Shown one piece after another: positions 8,919 through 16,940 of a DNA stretch of 64,000 nt (position 1 is its first letter; the number at the start of each line of letters is the position of its first letter). The translations under genes and the position numbers were made by a program. The DNA is from a virus. The notes under the pieces are model-generated. The model was not told where the DNA came from and ran no database searches. It was given only the letters and a program-made list of their open reading frames with translations. The stretch spans positions 1 to 64,000 of IMG/VR virus record IMGVR_UViG_3300042896_000283; one strand, written 5' to 3'.

Positions 8919-9407
8919 ATGAGTACACAAACATCAGGTGGAATATTCACCTTTGACCATGGTCAAAAAAAACTTAACAAAGCAATCGGAGTAACAGAAG
9001 ATTACATGGATGATCTACAAAATCAAATTGCAGATACATTGAGAAATTTCATCTTTGATGATAATAAACAACCAAGAGATGATATGTCACCAAGTTTATT
9101 AGTAGAAGTATGTGCTAATGAATTTAGTTATTCTCAATTGGTAGTTATAGCATCATTGTTCTTGCAAGATAAAATAGATCATTTCACAGAAACATTGAAG
9201 GATAAAGTGGATGGTATGAGATCATCAGTTAAATCTATAAAATTAGATAGTGATGATCTTCCACCACACATCAAAGAGTTTCTTGAAAATCTTACAGAAG
9301 GAAAGAGTGAAGGTACAGCAATAGATGGTCACTCTCTTCCAAAAGATATCCAAGACTTTCTTAAGAAGATATCAAGAGAACAAGAAGAAGATGGAGATGA
9401 TGAGTAA
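8919..9407 (+). CDS. Hypothetical protein with two LPxxIxxFL repeats
   Basis: LPPHIKEFL / LPKDIQDFL; acidic tail. Confidence 0.75.
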   Translation: MSTQTSGGIFTFDHGQKKLNKAIGVTEDYMDDLQNQIADTLRNFIFDDNKQPRDDMSPSLLVEVCANEFSYSQLVVIASLFLQDKIDHFTETLKDKVDGMRSSVKSIKLDSDDLPPHIKEFLENLTEGKSEGTAIDGHSLPKDIQDFLKKISREQEEDGDDE

Positions 9408-9663
9408 TCCAACAAGAAGAAATCTATCTGGTGTGTATATATTTGATACTCTACCAGGTGATAAGAGAAGACAGCCTACATGTTTTGAAGATTGTACACA
9501 AGAGAAGCAACAAGAATGGTTAGATAGTCTAACCACAGACGCTCTCAAGAATCTTGCAAAGATGTTAGGTGAAAAGTTAAGAGACTTAGGAGATATGTTT
9601 GATATCATGTCTGGATCAGATGATGATGATGAAGATTATCCTATTGATATTCTTAATGAATAA
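9400..9663 (+). CDS. Hypothetical protein
   Basis: Start re-called at MSNPTRRNLSGVY. Confidence 0.65.
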   Translation: MSNPTRRNLSGVYIFDTLPGDKRRQPTCFEDCTQEKQQEWLDSLTTDALKNLAKMLGEKLRDLGDMFDIMSGSDDDDEDYPIDILNE

Positions 9664-9668
9664 TTAAT

Positions 9669-9694
9669 AAGAGAGCTGTAATGGCTCTCTTTTA
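9669..9694 (+). terminator. Intrinsic terminator
   Basis: AAGAGAGCT-GTAAT-GGCTCTCTTTT. Confidence 0.6.
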
Positions 9695-9704
9695 TATCAA
9701 AGCT

Positions 9705-10130
9705 ATGACAAAATATAGATTCAAGACAAAACAAGAGTTTAAAGATGAGGATCGTTGGGATGATGAATATCAAACGCCAATTGAATGGTGTCAAGATGGT
9801 GATATGAATAAATATATGGGACAAGATGTTCCTGATAAATTCATTAAACAAATTGAAGCAGGTCATACATTCACTGATGGTGATTGGACATTTGAACCAG
9901 AAGATTGCATCATCAACGAAGAAGAAATAATACTACCAATAGAACAAATTTTAGAACAAATTAAATTAAACAATTCCTTAATAACAAAAGAAAAAACAAT
10001 GAAAACAACAGTAAAGAAATCAGTAAAAGCAAATCCAGTAGCAGAGAAGTTCGTATTTATGGACAAAACAGTTAACATTTTAAATGTAGGATATTCTACA
10101 TGTAAGAATGTTGTATTATATGGTCCAGGT
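9705..10130 (+). CDS. MoxR-like AAA+ ATPase, exon 1 (N-terminal extension; alternative start at 9999)
   Basis: Ends NVVLYGPG, the first half of Walker A. Confidence 0.8.
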
Positions 10131-11095
10131 GAATAAATATTCTTTTTAACTTGCAGGGTAATATAATTTGTATTATCTTAGCAGCATGAAAGTAATAATA
10201 TATGCATTAGTAGATCCTATAACTTGCAAGGTGAGATATATAGGAAGAACTTCAGTGAGCATAAATGCTCGATTATCCAAACACATACATGATGCCAAGT
10301 ATCGTAAGAGAAAAACACATAAAGAAGATTGGATAAGAAGTTTACTCAAAATAAACTGTAAACCTTTGATCAGAAGATTAACTGAGATTGAGGGTTGGGA
10401 AGAATCATATGAGTTAGAAGTTAGTCTTATTGAGAAATATAAAGACAGACTAACTAACTATTATGATAGAAGTCCTGGGTATTTAAGACAATGTAGAGAA
10501 GAAGATAGATTAAAAATATCTAATACTCTTAAGTCTAAATATGCTCAAGGAACAATTGATAAACCAGTAGGTAAAACTATATATGTTTATAACAGAGATG
10601 GTTCATTTCACAGTGAATATCCTTCTATACAAGAAACTGTAAATCAGTTAGGAGTTTATAGAAGTACAATAAAAAAACATATAAATGGTAAATTACCTTC
10701 TTTTGATACTCCAACTACAGATGGTAGAAAGAGACATTTAAAGAGTGAATATCAATATAATACAGTTAAGATTGAGAAAATGCATGATTTTACATCATGA
10801 AGAATACGCCGTCTATAGTAGTAATATTATAGATAATTAGTGGGCAAAAACGGGGAAAGCTAAACAGTGATGTATGCCAATCCCGTGCTAAACATAGATA
10901 GTAACATATTTATGTCAGTGTAACGCATAGTGGGTGAAACTAGAAATAGAATATAAACCACCACGAGTGTCCGCCATCCTAACAAGTAATGTTGAGGATG
11001 AAAATATATGCTAAACTGGGTTGGATTGACCAACCGATGAAAATGAGGGAAACCTCCAGAGGTGAAGATAAAAAGCTTCACGTTAATAACTATTG
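10131..11095 (+). mobile_element. Group I intron carrying a GIY-YIG endonuclease
   Basis: 5' exon ends in U, intron ends in G; splicing restores GPGGHGKS; core-like elements AAACGGGGA, AATCCCGTG and P7 GCATA/TATGC in 10800-11095. Confidence 0.9.
10186..10800 (+). CDS. Intron-encoded GIY-YIG homing endonuclease
   Basis: IIYALVDP...RYIGRT...RLSKH; NUMOD1-like C-terminus. Confidence 0.85.
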   Translation: MKVIIYALVDPITCKVRYIGRTSVSINARLSKHIHDAKYRKRKTHKEDWIRSLLKINCKPLIRRLTEIEGWEESYELEVSLIEKYKDRLTNYYDRSPGYLRQCREEDRLKISNTLKSKYAQGTIDKPVGKTIYVYNRDGSFHSEYPSIQETVNQLGVYRSTIKKHINGKLPSFDTPTTDGRKRHLKSEYQYNTVKIEKMHDFTS

Positions 11096-11989
11096 GGCCA
11101 TGGTAAATCAGAAATGACATTAGACTTCTTACAAGCTAAAGGAATCACTCCTTACATCATTACAATGGGTACAGGTATGACAACAGATAGATTGTTTGGT
11201 GGTCTTGATATTCCTACATTTGAGAAAACAGGTAAGATTGAATATCTTGTAGAGAATTCATTTATGAATCATGAATATGTTATATTCGAAGAGATGTTTG
11301 ATGCTCCTGATTTCATCCTAGAGCAATTAAAGGATATATTATCAAGTGGTACATTTAGAAATGGTACACAGATATTTCCTATTGAGACTAAGTTCATCAT
11401 CTGTTGTACAAATAGAACTAGAGATGAGTTCTCAAAGAACATGTCATTGAAAGCATTGATGGAAAGATTTCCTCTTGAATTGAATGTTATCTGGGATAAC
11501 TATACAGAAATCAGCTACAACAAATTACTAGAAAGTAAGTTTGGTGTTGATAATGTAGATCCAGTGATTCCATATTTGTTACAAGAGTATGCTAAGAATG
11601 GTATTACAATTAGTCCACGTGTTGCTGTAACAGCATATCAAGTGTATGACCAATGTGGACCAGAATCATTAAGCTTTATTGCTGAGTTCTCTAAGAAACC
11701 ATCATTGATAGCTGAAGCTATTAAGAAGTTTGAGGCTACAATTAAGTTTAGAGACTTATCTGCATCTCTTACATTCAGTATTGAAACTCTTACACATTTA
11801 CCATTGGTATCAAGAGATGATGAGAAAATGTACAAAGATGCAATTGGTGATCTTAACAAGCAATTGACAGACATCAAAGGATTAGCAGTGAGTGATGATA
11901 TTGCACAAATACATGCACAATTAGTAAAAGCTGCTACACAAGCAAGTGAAAAGTTTACTAAGAACCTTCAAATTGCTTCATTTATATAA
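11096..11989 (+). CDS. MoxR-like AAA+ ATPase, exon 2
   Basis: GHGKS, Walker B VIFEE, sensor CTN, arginine finger ALMERF. Confidence 0.85.
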   Translation, partial: GHGKSEMTLDFLQAKGITPYIITMGTGMTTDRLFGGLDIPTFEKTGKIEYLVENSFMNHEYVIFEEMFDAPDFILEQLKDILSSGTFRNGTQIFPIETKFIICCTNRTRDEFSKNMSLKALMERFPLELNVIWDNYTEISYNKLLESKFGVDNVDPVIPYLLQEYAKNGITISPRVAVTAYQVYDQCGPESLSFIAEFSKKPSLIAEAIKKFEATIKFRDLSASLTFSIETLTHLPLVSRDDEKMYKDAIGDLNKQLTDIKGLAVSDDIAQIHAQLVKAATQASEKFTKNLQIASFI

Positions 11990-13380
11990 TGGCAAGTTTA
12001 TGGGATAATGGGTATGATGATTACTACGGTGATTATTATGCCCCTTCCTATACTCCTACAAAGAGTACTGGAGGCTGGAAAAGTAAATATGGTGGTAGTG
12101 GTTGGTCTAAGAATTCTTGGTCTAATTTCTCATTTGTTGTATCATATGAGGATAATGATGAAGATCTATTTGTTAAGGATCCAGTCAACTATCTAACACC
12201 AAGTGCTAAAGACATCAAAGCTAAGGTGAGAGGTGTTAAGAAGCAATCATCTATTGATTTGATCAAAGAGTTAGCACGTGTGTGTTATTTCAAGATGATT
12301 GATGAAACAGAATATGCAGCTGATAAGTATAAAGATTTAGATAGTTTATCTGATGAAGACAAAGGAGAATATCTAAAGAAGAAACCTTTGTTTGATTCTG
12401 TGTATGAGCAATATGTTCCAGGTTTTACACCTCTTGAGCAAGCTATTGCTATCTATTTGAAGCTTAAAGAATCACCTGGTAAACAAAAAGATGATGATGA
12501 TGATGATGAAGAAACAGATACAAGTAAAGCATTTGATTTTGATAGAAGTCTTTATTCTGATCCAAATATCAATGAACAATTAGATCTAAATGAACTAAGC
12601 AAGGATAAGAAGATGGAGATTATGAACCATATATCTCTTGTTGGTAAGTTTGGTAATGAGTTCAAGGTGGAAAAAGAAATATCTGAGAAGATAGTGGCTA
12701 ATTCTGATCAATACTCAACAATGATCATGAGAGATTATGCTCAAATACATATAATGCCATTGTATCAAAAGATGTTTCCTAATTTCAGAACTAAGTTCTT
12801 AACTAAAGATTTAACAGTGAATGTTCCTGTTGATAGAAAAGAACAAATTCAGAAGATTATCATTTTACTAGATTATTCTGGTAGTATGTGGGAAGAACAG
12901 AAACAAATTTGGGTAAATGCTATATTAATCGACAGGTTTAAGTATGTGATGAGAGGAGAAGCTGAAGTGTTCTTTAGTTATTTTGTACATGATCCAGAAC
13001 AATTAGAGTTCAAACACATAAAGGATAGAGAAGATGTAATTGCATTTTGGCAAACATTCTCTAATGAGCCTAATGGTGGAGGAACAGAAATTGGTGATAT
13101 GGTTAATTATGTAGCTAACGAGATAAATGATCGTAAGCTTCACAATCTTGATATTGATTTATCAGAAGAAAAGCCAGAAATCTTAATCATAAATGATGGT
13201 CAAGATAGTATCAACACAGAGAAGTTTCCTTATAAAGTGAATGCCATATCATTAATGCAATTTAGTGATGAGTTAAGAGATCTTTGTCTTGAGACAGATG
13301 GTAAACAGATTAAGGTGACAGAAGAATTAGAAGTATTCAGCTATGCTAAAGGTATAGGTGAACAACAAATTAAATTATAA
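11989..13380 (+). CDS. VWA-domain protein, partner of the AAA ATPase
   Basis: MIDAS LLDYSGS...GGGT...IINDG; Tyr/Gly/Ser/Trp-rich N-terminus. Confidence 0.85.
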   Translation: MASLWDNGYDDYYGDYYAPSYTPTKSTGGWKSKYGGSGWSKNSWSNFSFVVSYEDNDEDLFVKDPVNYLTPSAKDIKAKVRGVKKQSSIDLIKELARVCYFKMIDETEYAADKYKDLDSLSDEDKGEYLKKKPLFDSVYEQYVPGFTPLEQAIAIYLKLKESPGKQKDDDDDDEETDTSKAFDFDRSLYSDPNINEQLDLNELSKDKKMEIMNHISLVGKFGNEFKVEKEISEKIVANSDQYSTMIMRDYAQIHIMPLYQKMFPNFRTKFLTKDLTVNVPVDRKEQIQKIIILLDYSGSMWEEQKQIWVNAILIDRFKYVMRGEAEVFFSYFVHDPEQLEFKHIKDREDVIAFWQTFSNEPNGGGTEIGDMVNYVANEINDRKLHNLDIDLSEEKPEILIINDGQDSINTEKFPYKVNAISLMQFSDELRDLCLETDGKQIKVTEELEVFSYAKGIGEQQIKL

Positions 13381-13391
13381 GTGATTGATTG

Positions 13392-13429
13392 TTTGTTTTA
13401 TTACTCCCTGTGAATTATATTTGCAGGGA
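13392..13429 (+). promoter_or_regulatory. Promoter of the ncRNA operon, overlapped by a hairpin
   Basis: TTTG-N20-TATATTTG; inverted repeat TCCCTGTGAAT/ATTTGCAGGGA. Confidence 0.7.
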
Positions 13430-13637
13430 TATTGTATAATCACTGGGGACTATAAGCGCCACACATCAGTTTAAATAGTCAATGTATGTTTGCGTATCAT
13501 TGAACTTACCTACATTATACATTTATGTTTTATATCAGTGTAGTCAGTTTTAAACTCACTAGAGTGATATAAAAGATAATGGTTGATCATTGGTCAACAA
13601 CACAACAATTGATACATGCCCTCACATGAGGGAAATT

Positions 13638-14023
13638 GGGGATGACAGGTTTTGACAGGTTAATACATTATTACAATCAGCACAGAGAGATAACTGTATA
13701 AAACTAAGGTGAAATTAAATAAATGACAACAAAGTAATTTCGTTAGATGTTAACCAGGTTAACGCTAACATGAGCAAAGTTTTCTCATTGATTAATTCTA
13801 ATGTTGAAGAGCTAGAAATGGCTGCATAGACATTAAATCTGTCAACACTGGCTAGACATAAAGATTGCCATAGAAGGTTTGTATGATTCCTTAAAAACAT
13901 TCTGGTGGATCTCAACTTCACAGTTGACCCTTCTAACGTAAAGAGTTTAAAGAAACGTAAAGCTGTATAAATTGTAATGATTTAAATTAATTTTGGACGG
14001 GGATTCAATTTCCCCCATCTCCA
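13638..14023 (+). ncRNA. ssrA: tmRNA
   Basis: Acceptor GGGGATG/CATCTCC-A with G3:U70; 5' GACAGGTTTTGAC; T-arm GGGGA-TTCAATT-TCCCC; tag frame 13725-13829 after ATAAAT ending MAA-stop. Confidence 0.92.
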
Positions 14024-14026
14024 CTA

Positions 14027-14170
14027 GATTGAGTGGCGGAATTGGTAGACGCTATAATGTTGGAAACTGATGTAACTGGAGAAGAGAAACTCATTAAAAG
14101 CCAGTAAACAAGCATTATGAAAGTGTGAAGTATAGTATCACTTATACAGGTTCGAATCCTGTCTCAATCA
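14027..14170 (+). ncRNA. tRNA-like RNA (Leu/Ser-type scaffold) with expanded anticodon domain
   Basis: GATTGAG/CTCAATC-A; D-arm GGCGGAATTGGTAGACGC; T-arm ACAGG-TTCGAAT-CCTGT; long variable arm; about 50 nt in place of the 7-nt anticodon loop. Confidence 0.8.
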
Positions 14171-14173
14171 CAA

Positions 14174-14263
14174 GATCTGAAGGTCATTCGAGCTAATGGC
14201 ACCTAATTAAAGGGAGAACCCTCATTGTTTAGGAGATTACAGGTGCAAATCCTGTTCAGATCA
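14174..14263 (+). ncRNA. tRNA-like RNA with 22-nt anticodon loop
   Basis: GATCTGA/TCAGATC-A; 6-bp D stem GTCATT/AATGGC; CCTAA/TTAGG stem; T-arm ACAGG-TGCAAAT-CCTGT. Confidence 0.75.
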
Positions 14264-14402
14264 CAGCGGTTGCTTGATGTCAAATATGTACAGCAACAAA
14301 CATTGGAGAAATTTGGCTTCTCATGAATGTTAAGTCCTATCCACACAGAGAAGGAGTTGAGTACTTTATGGTTTGGGTTCTACTAGTGCCAATCTCAACA
14401 AT

Positions 14403-14430
14403 AAGGCTATCAGAAATGATAGCCTTTTTT
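14403..14430 (+). terminator. Intrinsic terminator ending the ncRNA operon
   Basis: AAGGCTATCA-GAAA-TGATAGCC-TTTTTT. Confidence 0.85.
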
Positions 14431-14462
14431 ATTTTGTATTAATCCTTAATAACTATAAAAAC

Positions 14463-14609
14463 ATGAAAACAATTAAATTATTACCAACTGAGTTCTATCA
14501 GTTCAGAAAGTTAGCATTTGCAATGAGTATTGCATTTGCCTGCACAATTACACAGGGTGTGTATATTGTAGAAGCCAATATAGACCAACTTTCACAGTTG
14601 GGTTATTAA
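14463..14609 (+). CDS. Small hypothetical protein
   Basis: Start re-called at MKTIKLLP; followed by hairpin at about 14621-14646. Confidence 0.6.
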   Translation: MKTIKLLPTEFYQFRKLAFAMSIAFACTITQGVYIVEANIDQLSQLGY

Positions 14610-14674
14610 GGAGGGCAAAAGGGCTCTTGTGTAATAGCAGGAGCCTAATTGTTTAATCATTAACAAAAGAAATT

Positions 14675-15049
14675 ATGAAAAAACTATTATTAGGAGCTCT
14701 ACTAACATTGAGCATAACAACATTTGCACAAGATGCATTTGTTAAGAAATACACTTCTTATATTACTAAAGAGAAAGGTGTATTACAACCATGGGTACAA
14801 TCAGAAATCACTGTTGTGTTTAATGCTGATAATGTAAGAGATATTGTATTCTATTACACTGATGGTAAGATTAAGAGATTACATCAAATCACTGGTGCCA
14901 AAAATGGTAAAACAATAAATGGAGATGGTTATCAAATGATTGAATGTATTGATTCAGAAGGAGCAAGTATAACATTACAACTATTTGATGATGACACATG
15001 TCTTAGACTTATTATTGTTGATGGATATTTAATTGAATTTCATAAATAG
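14675..15049 (+). CDS. Secreted/periplasmic protein
   Basis: Signal peptide MKKLLLGALLTLSITTFA followed by Gln. Confidence 0.75.
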   Translation: MKKLLLGALLTLSITTFAQDAFVKKYTSYITKEKGVLQPWVQSEITVVFNADNVRDIVFYYTDGKIKRLHQITGAKNGKTINGDGYQMIECIDSEGASITLQLFDDDTCLRLIIVDGYLIEFHK

Positions 15050-15050
15050 T

Positions 15051-15362
15051 ATGGAACCAATTTATAAATATAACAACGGAAATGGTGCTATGCTTTGTGT
15101 AAAATGTAGAACTATTATATCTACAGGACCAAAGACTGAAGAGTTATATTGTGAGAAATGTAAACCTAAACAAGAAACACTTTTAGGAAAAACAATATCT
15201 AAAAAAGATGCTGATAAAGATTCATTTGAAGATGTAATCAACTACAAAATAAAAAGAAGTTATAGTGAGGAAGATTTAATCCAAACATTAATAAAATTCA
15301 ATCAAGAAATTCAGGAAGTGGAAGATGTGAGAGAATGGTTTGAAAAATTTAAAAAGAAATAA
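15051..15362 (+). CDS. Zinc-ribbon hypothetical protein
   Basis: CVKC...CEKC; ends FKKK. Confidence 0.65.
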   Translation: MEPIYKYNNGNGAMLCVKCRTIISTGPKTEELYCEKCKPKQETLLGKTISKKDADKDSFEDVINYKIKRSYSEEDLIQTLIKFNQEIQEVEDVREWFEKFKKK

Positions 15363-15367
15363 GAATT

Positions 15368-15583
15368 ATGAGAAAAATAACACAAATACAGAAGTTACAA
15401 GAAGTTTTAGGAAAACTAAATGTAGGAGAGCAAATCAACAAACATGAATATGTAAAAGCTAACTGGCATACATTTGATTATTTCACAAAGAGATCATTTG
15501 ATGTTGTATTATGTAGAGCTAAGAAATTATTTGTTGATAAAGAGTTTGATTCACATTTGAAATACATTATTAGAACTAAATAG
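15368..15583 (+). CDS. Hypothetical protein
   Basis: ORF in operon. Confidence 0.6.
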   Translation: MRKITQIQKLQEVLGKLNVGEQINKHEYVKANWHTFDYFTKRSFDVVLCRAKKLFVDKEFDSHLKYIIRTK

Positions 15584-15585
15584 TT

Positions 15586-15825
15586 ATGAGTAAAGAAATA
15601 GAAGTAGGTCTCACTGTTGGAGGAGTATATCTAACAGTGAGTGGTACATATCATCCAGAAGAACCAAGAGAAATGTATGATGGTAACATGGAAGGTTATC
15701 CAGGAAGTTATGCTGAGTTTGAATTAGAATCAGTACAAGTAGATGGTAATGAAATCATTGATATCATTAGTGAATCAATATTTGATGAAATAGTAGAGAA
15801 AGTTATAGAAAATCAAAAAGACTAA
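15586..15825 (+). CDS. Acidic hypothetical protein
   Basis: ORF in operon, GYPG motif. Confidence 0.65.
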   Translation: MSKEIEVGLTVGGVYLTVSGTYHPEEPREMYDGNMEGYPGSYAEFELESVQVDGNEIIDIISESIFDEIVEKVIENQKD

Positions 15826-15830
15826 AAATT

Positions 15831-16064
15831 ATGAAAATAGAAAATGGAAAGTGGGTAGACCAATATGGTGACCCTGTAACAGTATTTAATTATGATAAGA
15901 TAAAAGAGATTGGAAGCAATCTTGTAAACTTATATGGTGAAGACATCACCTACAGTAGAATCAATTTGATCTCTACAATCAAAACTCTTACACCTAAACA
16001 AGAATCAGATCTTGCTTATGTATTGAGTCAAGAAGGTGCAATATCTAAATTAGCAGGGTATTAA
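15831..16064 (+). CDS. Hypothetical protein
   Basis: ORF in operon. Confidence 0.65.
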   Translation: MKIENGKWVDQYGDPVTVFNYDKIKEIGSNLVNLYGEDITYSRINLISTIKTLTPKQESDLAYVLSQEGAISKLAGY

Positions 16065-16066
16065 TT

Positions 16067-16363
16067 ATGGAAGCTAAAGATATAATCGGTAAAGAAATAG
16101 AATGTTTTGAGTTTAAGAATCAACAACATCTATCATACTCAAGTAATCATAAAAGATCATGTGGTGAAAAGGCTATTGTTCTAAAGATAAATCCTTCTTA
16201 TCCACAATTTGCTCTTTTAGAAATCACTTTACCAATTGGTAAAAAAGACACATTACATTATCCTGTATCAGGCATCATTGAGCAATTAGAAACAAAAGAG
16301 CTTGAGAATTTATCCATTGAAGAGATTCTTAATAATATGAAAACATTAATATCAAAATTATAA
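16067..16363 (+). CDS. SH3/KOW-like small protein with shared C-terminal helix
   Basis: Paralog of next gene (IIGKEIECFEF / LIGKQIKGFKF; LHYP / WNYP). Confidence 0.65.
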   Translation: MEAKDIIGKEIECFEFKNQQHLSYSSNHKRSCGEKAIVLKINPSYPQFALLEITLPIGKKDTLHYPVSGIIEQLETKELENLSIEEILNNMKTLISKL

Positions 16364-16366
16364 ATC

Positions 16367-16636
16367 ATGGAGTCACTTATAGGAAAACAAATTAAAGGTT
16401 TTAAGTTTACAGGTAGACCAACTTATCTACCTGATAACATGGATCGATATAATGGTGTAGTTGGAAAAATAATATATGCTGGTTCTGATGTAGTTCAAGT
16501 AAAGTTTCCTAATAATAGCACTTGGAATTATCCGTATAAAGAAGCATTGAATCATATAGTAGAAGAAGAACCTGAAGAAGAACAAACAATTGAACAAATC
16601 CTTAATAACATTAAAAAATTAACATCAGAATTATGA
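16367..16636 (+). CDS. SH3/KOW-like small protein with shared C-terminal helix
   Basis: YNGVVGKII...VQVKF; ends IEQILNNIKKL. Confidence 0.65.
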   Translation: MESLIGKQIKGFKFTGRPTYLPDNMDRYNGVVGKIIYAGSDVVQVKFPNNSTWNYPYKEALNHIVEEEPEEEQTIEQILNNIKKLTSEL

Positions 16637-16938
16637 ATCCAGAACAACAACAAGAAATAGTCAAAGCAGTGGTTTCTGACTATTTTGACAAATATGCAAT
16701 ACAATATGTTCCTTACACAATGATGAACATTGAAAGAGAACATATAGTAGAGATTGGTACAAGTATATTATGTACTAAATGGGAAGTAGGTTATCCAGGT
16801 GGTAGCTTTGCTCAAGCAGTGGTTGATAATGATCTTGCTGAAGCATTTGGTAGAGCAGATAATATCAATACCCATTGTATCAGATTTTATGTAATGTTAA
16901 TGTATAACGTAGGAGCACCTACAGCTTTATTTCAATAG
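16633..16938 (+). CDS. Hypothetical protein
   Basis: PGGSFAQAVVDNDLAEAFGRAD motif; ATGA overlap. Confidence 0.7.
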   Translation: MNPEQQQEIVKAVVSDYFDKYAIQYVPYTMMNIEREHIVEIGTSILCTKWEVGYPGGSFAQAVVDNDLAEAFGRADNINTHCIRFYVMLMYNVGAPTALFQ

Positions 16939-16940
16939 TT

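Noticed and set aside
10860-11120. Antisense and shadow ORFs in the track (e.g. 1498, 2689, 10860, 13715, 20829, 47805, 56878, 62521)
   Set aside because: They overlap well-supported genes or RNAs on the other strand or frame and lack recognisable motifs
14174-14263. Selenocysteine tRNA, suggested by the 6-bp D stem
   Set aside because: 7-bp acceptor stem, short variable loop and no UCA in a 7-nt loop
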